Positions 37,638-50,462 of a stretch of DNA of 64,000 nucleotides are shown piece after piece; position 1 is the stretch's first letter; each line of letters opens with the position of its first letter. Below the pieces are notes generated by a model. The model made no database searches and was not told the DNA's origin. It saw only the letters and a list, made by a program, of their open reading frames with translations. Origin of the DNA: Chiloscyllium plagiosum (taxonomy: Eukaryota); NCBI RefSeq assembly GCF_004010195.1, contig NC_057752.1:2978222-3042221 (forward strand), read 5' to 3'. Both the position numbers and the translations under genes were made by a program.

Positions 37638-40600
37638 CCATTTTGTTCAGACACATTCACAGGAAGCTTGCCCTGGTTTTCAGCCGACCTCAGTCACATC
37701 AAGGGAGATAGCCTTCGCTCAGGGGCAGCCTCTGAACCCAGTCCAGGAGCTTGGACCGGGTCAGTCAGCTACTCGGGACAGTCAGAGTCAGGACCCTCTC
37801 CTCATAAAGGGTCAAGAGCTGAATGTCAGGCAGCCCACTGCCCGTCTTCAGACTTTCTGCCTTTTCGGGGGCTGTTTTCCTCCTGGAGTGAGAGAGGGCC
37901 AGGGATTACGAGAGATGAATATGTCTGGCACAGCTGTTACTGTTGGTACAGGTACCCTCAGTGAGTGTGTGAGCTGCGCAGAGAGCATGCAGGGTTAGTG
38001 ATGTCAGGGGGTGGGGGGGGGGGAGGGGTGAGAGTGATTCAGGCAAGATATTGCAGCAATAGTGAGAGTGGGAGAGCGTGAGCCTGGGTGGGAGGTGGGT
38101 ACAGGAGCAGAGAGAGACAGTGAGAGTGTGAGGTATCGGAGAGAAGATGGCAGCACTTACACTGGTGGAGTGGGGAAGGTCACTGACCTTCTTCCTACAG
38201 CGCTGCGCATTCCTCCAGACGCTGAGACTGCACTGAGCCGGGTGGTAACCTCCGACCAGGTTGGCATGGCCTGGTGCCATGGCCTTCTCTGTTGGACTAG
38301 GGAAAGAGTACGTCCTGAGTCTGTATCACCCCATCCAGCACGGCCCCCAGGGTCGCTGTCCACAATACCCGTCTGCCGTGTCTGGCAAATCAGGAACTGT
38401 GCAGGGCTTGTCCAGGTGCACAACTGGCTTTTCCAAGATGGCACTGGTGCAAGGGATGCTGGTCTTTGGGCAGATATTCACTGGGTGGCCAGTTCATCCA
38501 GGAACTCCACGCAGTGAGCTGTGGCTAGAATTGGACAAATGGGACACCTTAGGGGTGGTGTCGGTAGTTAATGAGACACAGTTGGTAAGATATCATAAGA
38601 AATCTCACTATATCTTGTGGTGTGAATCCCTCATTAAAAAAAACCGACTCAATTCTCACTTAACCATAAAATGCAAGATTCAGCCCTTGTGTTTTATTCC
38701 ATCGTAATCCACAATAAGACCTGCGTTCATCCTGCGCTTCTAGTTCTTTGTATAAAAATTCACAAGTCAAGGTGTTGCAGGACCTCTCTGGTCACCTCGT
38801 ACCCAGGATGACTGACATTTTCTCAAGGCCCTGTCATGTCAGAGGGAGGGAACCCAGGGTTAATCATGGCTGAAGAAGAGGCAGAGATGCAAAGAGAGAG
38901 AGACAGGCCTGTTGCTGTACAATAGTGTGAACATGGAGGATGAATGTGAACCTGCAAACAATTCACGTGCCTTAACTACATCATACAATGCAAACTGTCC
39001 CAGGTGGTGTGGGTTTTTCCTCCTTGTCAGGCAATTTCATTGGCCCTTTGCTAAACACGCTCAGCGCAGTGCAGACCACTAGCGTGCAGGTGGAGACTAT
39101 AGTTTTGAGAGTGCTTGAATGACACAGCACAAAACGGAGGCCATTCAGTCTATCAGGCAATGCATTCCAGATCACAGCTTGCCTGGGAAAAATCAACTTC
39201 CCTCAGGTCTTTCAGATTTGTTCCCATTGAAGGTGTTACATTCCAAGCCTATTAAAGGCAGGTTTCAAGGTACTTGGAAATAGGCTGATGTCCACACTGA
39301 GGAAGATCTCAGAGCTCCGTTAGTGAACAGAAAGGTTTCCACTCTGCCTGCCATTGGGATGGTGTTTTGTGATAGCAGGCTCACAGAAACGTGAGGCCAG
39401 TCAAATCACTGCCAGTCTGATGGCAGTGCCAGTCTTCAGGCAGCTGGCAGGAGAACCCAAAGGCATGCCGGCTACACAGCTGAAATAGGGCAGGGTACAC
39501 TTGGCACAAAGGGGCACCAACTGGAGTGGCCACGCAACGTTAGGTCCACGAGAGAGTTACCCAAGAAAAAGGCATGGAGAAATCCTCCATTCCACTTTGC
39601 TCAGTTGGGGGCCAGGTTAGCAGCAGGGACAGCCTGGCCCTCTGGAGTGCTTCCACTTCTAAAGATAAGCAAGAGACAGACAGAACAAAAAAGACACACT
39701 GCTTGGATGAGAGAGCAGGGTGGGGGGAATCCCCTGTGGAGTATAACCACTGGCCCAGAGCAAATGAGCTGAGTGGCTGATTCTGTGCGGTGTATTCTAT
39801 GAATCATGGTGCACAGCACATCACGTTGGATGTATTCTTGTATGAATAATGCTCAACACTCTACAGATTAAAATCATTGTTCATTTATTTACAAAGAAAA
39901 CTTCCTGCCAAAGTACAATCTTTAACATTTGGGGAAAAAAGACGGAGAATGGCCAGGAAACCTGAATTCAATTGTGTTTACAAATACAGTCCTTCCCTGG
40001 GCAGAACCGGCCATGTGGAAGGGGTTACAAAGCAAGACGCTCGTGCACATCTGTTTTACCTGTGGCTACTGGCTGCCATAAAGTAGCGCCTTTGTGTTAC
40101 CCTCATCCACTTCAATTGGGCTGGGTGGTGAATTGGCCTCATTGAATGATGAATACCATGCTGCTTACTAAAAGATGCAGTCGTGTTGGCGTAAACCCTG
40201 AGGTATTGCCTCAACAGGCTAAAGGCCTGCTTTATTATCCTAGAATCATCAATTGTTACGGCACAGAAAGAGGCCTTTTGGCCCAGCAAGTGTGTGGTAT
40301 CTAATTCGTTCCAGTACCCTGCTTTTCCCCTACAGCCTTGCCATTTCTCCACTTCGCGACACAATTCCCCTTTTGCCTTTGAATCTGCTGCCACCACCCT
40401 TCTCAGGCAGTGCATTGCAGACCACAGCGACTTGCTGCAAAACACCTTTCCTGAGCGTCAGGTTCTTTTGTCAATTTGCTTCAAATGAAAAGGTGGCCAA
40501 ATCCGAGTCGTGATATCCCCTCTTGCCTGAGAGGTCTGGTACAGTCAGCAACTCAGGCAGAGCTCATGAGAATTCAGATGGCGTTGTGCCAACTGCTCCT

Positions 40601-41254
40601 GCCTCCAGTGATGGCACCACAGAGGGGCATGCTGCACCCACTCCTCCTCTGTGGAATTTGCAGAGGCAGAAAATCCACCCCACCCTCCCCCCCGCGCAGC
40701 TATCCCGATAACACTGACTTTATGTCACCAAGAATGCTCGTGCCATCACCAGCCGATGTGTGTAGACTTGAGATCCTTTCTGCTTATGCTGCTGGAGGGC
40801 ACCATTGAAAATGAGACAGCTGTAATATCTCAGCCATGTCACTGTAAAGGGACTCAAAAGACTTCCACCCATTTATGTTGTTGTAACCTGCCAAAACACT
40901 GTCCATTGTACAAACTGGGGAGATTCAATCCATTGGCACCATCATCAATAGTAACTAATGTGCCCCTGCCTGTGTTCAGTGTCTGATGTTTTAGTGCTGG
41001 CAAGCTAGGAATTGACAGAGAAAATGGTACTTTCTCTGTGATATCTTTATGCTAAAAAAGTTTCTCTCGAGACTGATAGAATTAATTTTGGGGCAGATAG
41101 AGGAAAGAATTCTGAGACAGCACAATATTTAGAAAAAAACACATGGAACAAATTGATGCTAATTAGTTGACTGTATGCTGAAAATTAGGTAGAGAGGGAT
41201 TTTAGTTTAGTCTTGCTCTCGCTTTCACTATATCTCTCCATTCCATATTGACTG

Positions 41255-41785
41255 CCTCCCTCTCTCCTCCCTCCCTCCCTCTCTCTCCCTCTGCACCCCC
41301 CCTCACCCACCCTCCCCCTCCCTCCCGCCCACTCTCTCCCTCCCTCCTGCCCGCCCTCTCCCTCACNNNNNNNNNNNNNNNNNNNNNNNNNNNNNNNNNN
41401 NNNNNNNNNNNNNNNNNNNNNNNNNNNNNNNNNNNNNNNNNNNNNNNNNNNNNNNNNNNNNNNNNNNNNNNNNNNNNNNNNNNNNNNNNNNNNNNNNNNN
41501 NNNNNNNNNNNNNNNNNNNNNNNNNNNNNTTTTTCCCTCCTCCCTCTCGTTCTCCCCCTCCCTCGCTGTTGCTCTCCCTCCCTCTCTCCCTCCCTCCCTC
41601 CCCCATCGATCTCCCTCCCTCCCTTTCTCTCTCCCTGCCTCCCTCTCTCTCTCGCTCCCTCCCTGTCTCTCTCTCTTCCCCTCCCTCTCTCTCCATCTCT
41701 GTCTCTCTCTTTCTCTTTCTCTCTCTCCAACTCCTGCCTCTTTCCTCTTGCCCTCTGCATGTCTTCCTTCACCCCCTTGCCCCTC
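41255..41785. repeat. CT-rich polypyrimidine simple repeat with assembly gap (N 41367-41529)
   Basis: Almost purely C/T on the + strand, with 163 Ns. Confidence 0.95.
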
Positions 41786-42046
41786 AAAGTCTGATCTGGC
41801 TCAAAACAGCCAAGTGGGGTTGATGCTGAGTGTTGGAGTTAAAATGAGAAGATAAGGTAAATCAAAGTGGTGATTATATATGGGCTTGAGAAGACTTTAG
41901 TGGAAGATTGAGACATGATAATGAGTTTTATAAGATGCATTTGTGTGTCATAGTTCCTTCCAAGTGTTTTATTTTTGTACAGAAATTACAAGGTGACACC
42001 AATGACCAGGACACTTTATCTCCAATCCTGTTAATTGGCAACTAAC

Positions 42047-42197
42047 CTGGCATGTGCACCATCCGACAGTTACAGTTTTCCACCAGGTATCGAGTCTCAC
42101 AGTCAATTCTGCACGCTGTGATGCTGTAAGTCTCAAAAAAGTCTGAGTCCATTGGAGTAGATTTGCAGTCTCCCCAGGGAGGAGGTAAGTAGATTAG
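42047..42197 (-). CDS. asic1: ASIC exon ([51 protein letters not shown]), Cys-rich thumb region
   Basis: ORF 42042..42245 carries the ASIC signature [28 protein letters not shown]. Acceptor ttctcAG|CTA, donor CCA G|GTtagt; 151 bp. Confidence 0.96.
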
Positions 42198-42404
42198 CTG
42201 AGAACGAGAACATAAAACCGGAACATTACCGAGAGGGCATTTCAATGAACCATGTTTTTAAATATCATATTACTATGGGGCCTGGTGTCAATGGAAACAC
42301 TTTGGATTTCTTGAACCTAAACACAATTTACCAAGAGTTGATGGACAGCCAGTGGGGAAAAAAAAAACCAACTAGTACATGATTTGTATCAGATATTAAA
42401 GTCA

Positions 42405-42630
42405 CAGCAAAATACTGTGGATGCTGAAATTAAAAAAAGAGGAAGTGCTGGAACAACCAAACAAGTTTGTCTCAGACTCTGCAAGAGAAACAGAGTTAAT
42501 GTTTTGAGTCCAATATGACTTCTTTAGAATGTGTCTGGATCAGTTCCGAGGAAGCATCATATTGGACCCGAAACATTGACTGCTTTTCTCTCTCCCCAGT
42601 TGTTGAGTAGATCCAGCAACTTGTTTTTAT
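42405..42630. mobile_element. Degenerate palindromic Penelope-like insertion (family 3)
   Basis: gagttaatgttttgagtccaatatga...tcatattggacccgaaacattgactg inverted pair, similar to 10634-10870. Confidence 0.5.
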
Positions 42631-42739
42631 GGCTTGTTATTTTGGGTTTCAAATGGCCAGAATACATAAGTGAGGCTGTATCAAGACAATGAGCCAATTG
42701 AAACACCGTTTACATGCAAACCTGAATGGCTTACTTCGT

Positions 42740-44790
42740 AAATGTGCCTCATTGCTGGCCCTTTGGTCTGCTGGGCAGACCCATACAACTGAAGCATATC
42801 CTCCTGACTTTCATTTTCAATTCCCCTCACAATAAATGATAATATTCTATTAGTTCCTAATTACTTGCTGTCGTTACATACAAAACTTCTTTGATTCATG
42901 CAGGAGGACACCTAGATCCCTCTACATCTGTGTTTCGATAATACATTTCTTTTTTAGTCTTCCTGCCAAAATGGGCAATTTCATATTTTTCTACATAGTA
43001 TTCCATTTGCCACATCTTTGTCTACTCACTTAACCTAGCTATATCTCTTTTGTAACCTTCTATGTCCTCTTCACAACTTACTTTCCTGCCTATCTTTGTG
43101 TCACCAGCAAATTTGACAACCATACCTCCCATCCCTCTCTCTGAGTCATTCATATAAACAGTTGAAGTCCACCGCTGATCCCTGTGGCACACTATGCACT
43201 ACATCTTGTGAACCTGAAAAAAGACTCATTGAAACATATGCTCTGTTTCCTATTAGCCAACCAATCTTCTATCCATGCCAATATGTTATCCCCTATACCA
43301 TGAGCTTGTATTTTCTACAATAGCTTTTCATGTAGCACCTTATCACATACCTTCCAATAATCATGATGTGGAGGTGCTGGTGTTGGACTGGAGTGGACAA
43401 GGTCAGAAGTCACACGACACCAGGTTATAGTCCAACAGGTTTATTTGAAATCCACAAGCTTTCGGAGTGCTGCTCCTTCATTAGGTGAAGTCAAGTGAAA
43501 TCTTGTGATTTCAAATAAACCTGTTGAACTGTAACCTGGTGTTAGATTATTGGAAGCCACTCAAGTACAGTATATCCACTAGTTCCCCTTTCTCCTCAGC
43601 ATGTGTTAGCTTCTCAAAGAATTCCAGTAGATTGGTTAAACATGACTTTCCCTTTCACAAAACCTATCACAAACTTAATTAAATGCTCTGCAAGAACTAC
43701 TTTACTCATTGTTTCTAATATCTTCCCTGTGACAGACATTAAGCTAACTCGCCTGTCGTTTCTTGCTTTTTTTCCCTCCCTTTTTGAACAAAGGAGGTGC
43801 GTTCTAATGAGACCTTCCCCAAATCAAGACAGTTTTGGAAAATTAAAACCAACAGATCAAAGAAGTGGCTAGAGAGATGGTTGAAGACCCGAGGGTGAAG
43901 TCCACCAGGACCCAGGAACTTGTCAGCCCACAGCTCCAACAATTTACTCAGCACCACTTCCATGGAGATTGTAATTGTCCTGTGTTCCTCCTTCTCTTCC
44001 ATTTCCTGATTTACCACTACTTCTGGGATGCTACTTATATCCACTATATGCAAAATACCATTCAATTCACCTCTCACCTCCTTATTTTCCATTACATAAG
44101 TCTCCAGTCTTACTTTCTACAGAACCATTGCTCACTTTGTTAACTCTTTCCTCCTTTTATATATTCATAAACTCTTACTACCTGTTTTTGTATTTCAAAC
44201 TAGCTTTCTCTTGTGCTCTAGTATTTCTCTCTTTATTAATTTTTTGGTCATTCTTTACTGTTTTTATATTCTGTCCAATCTCTGATCTTCTCACAATTTA
44301 ATGTATTTTCTTTAAGCTTGATACTATCTTTTAATATTTCCAGTTAACCACACATTGTGAGTCTGTCCCTTGGAATTTTTCCCACTCTTTGGCATGTGTC
44401 TATTCTGTGTGTTCTGAAATAGCCCCTTACATGTCTGCCATTACATCTTTATCAACCGATCTTTGAACCTCATTTGCCAATTCACTTTAGCCAGTTCTGC
44501 TTTCATGCACTTATAAATGCCCTTAATTAAAATTCCAAAAATATAGTCTCGGACCCACTCCTCTCACCCTCAAATTGAACATAAAATTCCATCATATTAT
44601 GATTGCTGCTCCCTCTGGATACCTTCACTATGAGATTATTAATTGATCACAATACCAGGGCTAATATACCCTGCTCTCTGGCCAACTTCAGAACAAGCTG
44701 CTTTAAGAGACCATCCTGAAAACATTCTATGAACTCCTTGCCTGGTCTACCTTTGCTCATCTAACTTTGCCGGTTATATATGTAGTCTAA
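42740..44790 (-). mobile_element. Degenerate CR1 ORF2 region (RT)
   Basis: The minus ORF 43739..44092 reads DKFLGPGGLHPRVF...LIFQNCLDLGKV...KGREK, matching the CR1 motif KSPGPDGLHPRVL...IFQ.SL..G.VP. Confidence 0.7.
43363..43543. mobile_element. Palindromic Penelope-like insertion (family 1 variant) nested in a CR1
   Basis: caccaggttatagtccaacaggtttatttgaaatc / gatttcaaataaacctgttgaactgtaacctggtg arms. The minus-strand core is mutated (CTAATGA). Confidence 0.75.
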
Positions 44791-46320
44791 AAGTGCAGTG
44801 CTGTCCATACAACAAAAAAATAGAATTCCCCTCTAATCTCCATGTGGACCGAGAATGTGTATGACTTATCCTACAACTGAGTCACGTGAGCATTTATCAT
44901 TATGACTGGAATACTTGCAGTGGTAAGCTATCTCTGTCCTGGACAACAGAACGTTTTCCTACCTTGTCCAACTCATGTTCCTCATAGATTCTCTCATTCT
45001 AAATATGCACTGACCTTTTCACTTAGATTAGTGACTGGGGTTGGAAAAAAAACCCTGAGTTTTGATATCAAGCACTCCCATGGTGGGCACCACTCTACAT
45101 CGCCTGAACTATGTACCTTATAAGCAGCCTCAGAAAAGTACTACTTTGCACTATCCTATGCCGAGCTAGTATTTGCTTAATGTTAACACTGGGAACTTGA
45201 AGCCATAAAGAGAGACTTGAGCGCAGAGAAGCCTGATATGATTGATTAGTTCAGGGTATAACAAACAAAGGAGGCTTGACTATCCTGATCTATTCTCTCT
45301 TCAAAAAAGAATCATACAATTCCTACAGTGTGGAAAGAGGCCATTCAGCCCATCAAGTCAGCACCGAAGAGTATCCCACCCAGCCCCAGCACCCCCCATA
45401 CCCTGTAAACCCCCCACCACTGGAAGACAGAGAATTTCAATGAATCTTCACAAAAGCCAGTCTCAGTAATAGTGAGCTTGTTGTAAAAACCCAATGGGTT
45501 CACCAAGGGAAGGAAATCTGCCATCCTTTCTGGTCAGGCCTACGTGCAACTTCAGACCCACAGCAATGTGGTGGACTGTTTACTGCCCTCCGAAACGGCC
45601 CAAGCAAACCACTTAGTTCAAGGGCAGTTCGGGATAAGCAATAAATGTTGGGATAGCCAGCAATGCTGTATCCCACAGGAAGGAATAAATTACCTTACTG
45701 GGTTTCAGGAAGAAATCAGACAAGTACTTGTTAACAAGTGGGATTCAGGATGATTAGAAATGTCCAGTGGAGTCATGTTGGATGAACTAGACAGGACATG
45801 AGCTTCCTACTGTACTGGAGCTCAACTCCTCAGTTCCGAGGCCCCTCGTTTTGATGAGTGTCCATTCTCTCCCCACCCTTCTCAAAGTGCCTCAATTGGA
45901 ATTATTACATTCTCTGAGAGATGCAAGACTTGTGAGCTTACTTCATGTTCAAAACAAAAGTCATGAATAATGAAAGTTAGAAGACAGAATACTGGTGATA
46001 GCAGATCAATCAGCATCTAGAGCAGAAATGTCAGATTCACAGTTTGGGTGGGAGATTTGGAATGGTTAAGCCTGAAGCATCAGATGTGCAATGATGACCA
46101 GTGTGTTCACAATAATATCTGGTTATGAAAAGCAATCTAAGGAAATTGGACCGGTTTGTAGCAATCCTTCAATGGGTTGATGGCCCTCAATTACTTGTTA
46201 GCAGTAACAAGCTGAGCCGGGATAGTTCGACATGACCCTGAACAAAACTCCAGCGGCTTTATGGCGATCTCAGCTTATAGTAAAAGCCTAGAATGACAGT
46301 TTGATCATGATTCCTCATAC

Positions 46321-46448
46321 CCGCTGTTCTTGACAGGAAACAAATGTTTGAAATCCAGGTGGCACTCCGAAACCCAGTTGGTCGATAAATGGTGGCTCAT
46401 TCTGACCATGAATCTGAACCTTTATACCAGCTTCAAAGGAGGTCTCAT
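46321..46448 (-). CDS. asic1: ASIC exon ([43 protein letters not shown])
   Basis: Not in the ORF track; read manually from the reverse complement: catacAG|AT GAG ACC TCC TTT GAA...GAA CAG CGG|GTatga. It is 128 bp, completes the Asp codon split from the previous exon and ends in phase 0. Confidence 0.95.
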
Positions 46449-47610
46449 CTGTATGGGAGAATAGAGTAGACACATGTTAATGCTTGACGAATCAGTTCAT
46501 ATACTGCCACCAACAAGCAAACAAACTAACCTTAGCCTGAGGAACTGACACAATTTCCCTTTCTAAGCCAATTCTCTGCCCACTCAGTCACGTCTGGTGT
46601 CATTTAAAAGTCATGCCCCTGCCACTCACCTTCTGCATTGCAATGTGAAACACTGAAAGTATTGGGCATTGGTTTCTAACTTATGCTTACTTAGGGAGAA
46701 TCCATCAAACGTTTCTGTTGACATCAGGCAAGAATCAGGTACAAGTGACATTGGGATGAAGAAAGGGGAAAAAAATTGAACTATCCCCAAGCAAGACTCC
46801 ATCCAACTCTGGAGTATTTCACCCTTGTTCTCAAGTATTCGTTCCGTCTTGATGTCTATCTCGCTCTTTGTGATACCCCATGTGAGCTGCCATTATATTT
46901 CAACATGTCAGTAAATCAAAAGCCTGCAAGAACATATCCACTGAGAGTTGGAAACCTTTTGTTTATTCAGACTGTCAAAGGAAGCCTCCATTGCTGGTTC
47001 CTATGTGCCTCCAGGAACATCAGAGGGCACCAGGGACCCTGGGCGTTTCAGAACCACTTCTCTCTAATGGAGCTCTATAACTTGTGGCTATTAAAAAACC
47101 TCTCATACAGACACCCAGCATTATAAACTTGTGTTATGTGCACAACTAGAATCATTGATTTCCTACTCTTACATTTAAACATTGGGTTCTGGATATTAAT
47201 TGGGTCCCAAGCCGGATGGTGACGTCTGAAGCTAAGACACAAATCTATTTATTGATAGTTGGTTTATTTGCAGAATGCAGCACTGCAGATGGCTTCCTCC
47301 TACCTACCAACCCAGTGTCCCTGCAGTCTGTCTTTAATCTTTTCCAATATCCTTTAAAGTCCTGTCTGAGCTGACTGACTCAGAGCATTACTCTGGTACT
47401 TTGGTCTATGATATTACCATTTCGCTACTGCCTCCCCGAAAAAGGAGAGTGATGCTACTTGGATTAGACTTGATCACATAAGTTCTGAGAATATTTCTAC
47501 CCAGAGACCTTGCATGTGTTCTGAAGATATAGAGGTGTACTGTACCTTTGAGAGGGAGGAAGCTCGCAAGGACTGACTGAAAGCACAGAGTGTCCTGAAC
47601 AAAATAAAAA

Positions 47611-48582
47611 TGTAACACTTGGTTGAAACAAATAGCTAGAGTTGTGTTGCCATGGAACAAAAAATTCAAATTCAAATTCGGCTAATCAGTTTAAATTATG
47701 CCCCAGATACCAAAATCCAATCAAATTTGAATTTAGTGTTTTGAGATTATTAGATTAGATTAGATTACTTACAGTGTGGAAACAGGCCCTTCAGCCCAAC
47801 AAGTCCACACCGCCCCGCCGAAGCGCAACCCACCCTTACCCCTACATTTACCCCTTACCTAACACTACGGGCAATTTAGCATGGTCAATTCACCTGACCT
47901 GCACATCTTTGGACTGTGGGAGGAAACCGGAGCACCCGGAGGAAACCCACGCAGACACGGGGAGAACGTGCAAACTCCACACAGTCAGTCGCCTGAGGCG
48001 GGAATTGAACCCGGGTCTCTGGCGCTGTGAGGCAGCAGTGCTAACCACTGTGCCACCGTGCCGCCCACCAAATAGATTAGATGACATCAAACCAATGAAA
48101 TGAGCTGTTTTGGGGTATAAAACTGTACTTTTTTGAACAGTTAGGGGAAGAGTTGCCAAGAAAACCAACTGCTAATCAGACAGCTCTCTGAAAGGTGCCT
48201 TTCCATAAGAAACGTTGTGCCGCATAAGACAGAAGAGACGACCTAGGAAAATCCAGAGAAAGCTACAGAGTGAAATCTACGAAGAAGAATCGACAAAGCT
48301 GACTGGTTTTGAAACGTTTTTTTTGTAAATCTTAATTTTTTTTATCAGACCTGTATTGTAGAGTGGGAGGTAAAAGATAGGTTTAAGAAACAGGAGTTGT
48401 AAATAGCTGTTGCTTTAATGTTCTCTGTTGGACTTAAAGAACAAAATTGTTAATTTTTACTTTTAAATAGTGACCTCTGGGACAGTTCTTTGCCTCTCGA
48501 AATGTAACAGGTTAAGGCGCGAGGTGAGTTTCTCTGCGTGTCGGGTTTAAATTAGCAGAGGGGTTTACCCCGTGTCGTAACA
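47611..48582 (+). mobile_element. Probable solo LTR interrupted by the HE1 SINE
   Basis: TGTAAC start and ...CGTAACA end; internal CCAAT and GGGTATAAAA; no TSD seen. Confidence 0.4.
47745..48066 (-). mobile_element. HE1-type V-SINE, full-length and young-looking
   Basis: The minus strand begins GGGCGGCACGGTGGCACAGTGGTTAGCACTGCTGCCTCACAGCGCCAGAGACCCGGGTTCAATTCC (tRNA A/B boxes). It has the V-domain TGTGTGGAGTTTGCACGTTCTCCCCGTGTCTGCGTGGGTTTCCTCCGGGTGCTCCGG and a (TAATC)n tail. Confidence 0.9.
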
Positions 48583-48817
48583 CATGTGTTAAGTAAAAGT
48601 GGTAACCAGAAACACTACCAGTCTCTCAATGTGCTCAGAGACTCAGCCAATCAATGTCCTTCACTTGTGTCTTTTTTTCATTATTTGTTCATAGAATGTG
48701 GGAGTCACTGGCTAAAGCAGCATTTATTGTCCTACACTAAGTACCCAGAGGGCAATTAAGCGTCAACCACATTGCTGTGGGTCTGGAGTCACATGTAGGT
48801 CAGACCAGGTAAGGATA

Positions 48818-49508
48818 GAGTCCGAGAGTCCTACAGCATGGAAATAGACCCTTTGGTCCAATGTGTCCATGCCAACCAGATATCCTAAATTAATCTAGTC
48901 CCATTTGCCCGCATTTGGTCCATATCCCTTTAAACCCTTCCTATACATGTATCTATCCAAATGTCTTTTAAATGTTGTAATTGTACCCACTTCTACCACT
49001 TACTCTGGCAGCTCATTCCATAAACACCACCCTCTGCATGAAAATGTTGCCCCTCAGGTGCCTTTTAAATCTTTCCCCTCTCACCTTAATCCTAGTTTTG
49101 GACTCCCCTATCCTTGGTAAAATATCTTGACGATTCACCTTATCTGTGCCCTCATGATTCTGTAAACCTCTATAAGCTCATCCATCTGCCTCTCATGCTC
49201 CAGGAAAAAAGTCCGACCCTAACCAGCCTCTCCTTATAACTCAAGCCCTCCAGTCCCAGCACCATCCTTGCAAATCTTTTTTGTACCCTTTCAAATTTAA
49301 CATGCTTCCTTCAACAGGGTGACTAGAATTGTATGCAGTATTCCAAAAGTGATCTCACAAATGGCTTGCACAGCTGCAACATGATGCCCCAACTCCTGTA
49401 CTCAATGCTCTGACCAATGGAGGCAAGTGTGCCAAACCCCACCTTCGCCACCCTGTCTATCTATGAAACTGCTTTCAAGGAACTGCGTACCTGCACCCCT
49501 AGGTCTCT
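48818..49508 (-). mobile_element. CR1 LINE 3' fragment, older; resumes at about 50212-50227 and 50463-50550
   Basis: Reverse-complement homology to 49509-50211. The resumed part encodes WQMELNLDKCEVLYFGKANQGRTYTVN. Confidence 0.85.
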
Positions 49509-50211
49509 CCTTGGAGTGCAGGTTCATAGCTCCTTGAAAGTGGAGTCGCAGGTAGATAGGATAGTGAAGGCAGCGTTTGGTATGCTTTCTTTTATTGGTC
49601 AGAGTATTGAGTACAGGAGTTGGGGGGTCATGTTGTGGCTGTACAGGACATTGGTTAGGCCACTGTTGGAATATTGCGTGCAATTCTGGTCTCCTTCCTA
49701 TCCCAAAGATGTTGTGAAACTTGAAAGGGTTCAGAAAAGATTTACAAGGATGTTGCCAGGGATGGAGGGTTTCAGCTATATGGAGAGGCTGAACAGGCTG
49801 GGGCTTTTTTCTCTGGAGCGTCGGAAGCTGAGGGGTGACCTTATAGAGGTTTACAAAATCATGAGGGGCATGGATGGGATAAATAGACAAAGTCTTTTCC
49901 TTGGGGTCAGGGAGTCCACAACTATAGGGCATAGGTTTAGGGTGAGAGGGGAAAGATATAAAAGAGACCTAAGGGGCAACCTTTTCACACAGAGAGTGGT
50001 ACATGTATAGAATGAGCTGCCAGAGGCAGTGGTGGAGGCTGGTACAATTGCAACATTTAAGAGGCATCTGGATGGGTATATGAATAGGAAGGGTTTGGAG
50101 GGATATGGGCCGGGTGCTGGCAGGTGGGACTAGATGTGGTTGGGATATCTGATCGGCATGGACGGGTTGGACTGAAGGGTCTGTTTCCATGCTGTACAGC
50201 TCTATGACTCT
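49509..50211 (+). mobile_element. CR1 LINE 3' fragment (RT C-terminus and 3' tail)
   Basis: The ORF reads LYRTLVRPLLEYCVQFWSP...LERVQKRFTRMLPG...LGLFSLERRKLRGDLIEVYKIM, typical of the CR1 ORF2 C-terminus; tail ctctatgactcta. Confidence 0.9.
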
Positions 50212-50227
50212 ATTCCCTGCGCCCTAC

Positions 50228-50462
50228 TGAAATAACTCTGCAGAGACAGGAATCCCATCCACCAAGTCCCCCTTTATTTACACATGGAGAGTCCCTGACA
50301 CTGATCCAGTTCCCTCAGAGCCAGCTCTCAGAGTGAGCAGAACCCCTGACACTCCTCTTTATATCTGTCAGCCAGGGCTCCCCGATTGGACCAGGCTAAT
50401 AGACCCAATCTGGGAACTCATTCTATGAGGTCCATCTGGGTGATGTTGTTACAATCACTACA
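50228..50462 (-). mobile_element. Probable short solo LTR
   Basis: TG...CA termini; the minus strand has TATAAA-like and AATAAA motifs in LTR order. It interrupts an otherwise continuous CR1. Confidence 0.55.

Larger units (their letters stand above)
36280..38365. repeat. Direct repeat of about 430 bp or more (about 36280-36705 and 37920-38365) flanking the minisatellite
   Basis: Near-identical ORFs offset by 1662 bp (36599 vs 38261; 36618 vs 38280). Confidence 0.9.
35935..38686 (-). mobile_element. Non-autonomous PIF/Harbinger-like DNA transposon
   Basis: Terminal inverted repeats GGGTGGAATCTT / AAGATTCAGCCC, flanked by TTA and TTG. It contains frameshifted Myb/SANT-like remnants. Confidence 0.6.

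Noticed and set aside
36882..37998. Long ORFs (360, 308 and 248 aa), including a Cys-rich keratin-associated-like repeat
   Set aside because: They are open only because the 42-bp minisatellite unit lacks stop codons in several frames; there is no gene context.
41185..41823. Arg/Glu/Gly- and Pro/Ser-rich ORFs
   Set aside because: Translations of a simple repeat spanning an N gap.
47995..48066. tRNA-like sequences (also about 58570-58645 and 61150-61210)
   Set aside because: SINE heads with A/B boxes; no complete cloverleaf.
49417..50010. 197-aa ORF as a host gene
   Set aside because: CR1 ORF2 C-terminal remnant fused to antisense CR1 sequence.
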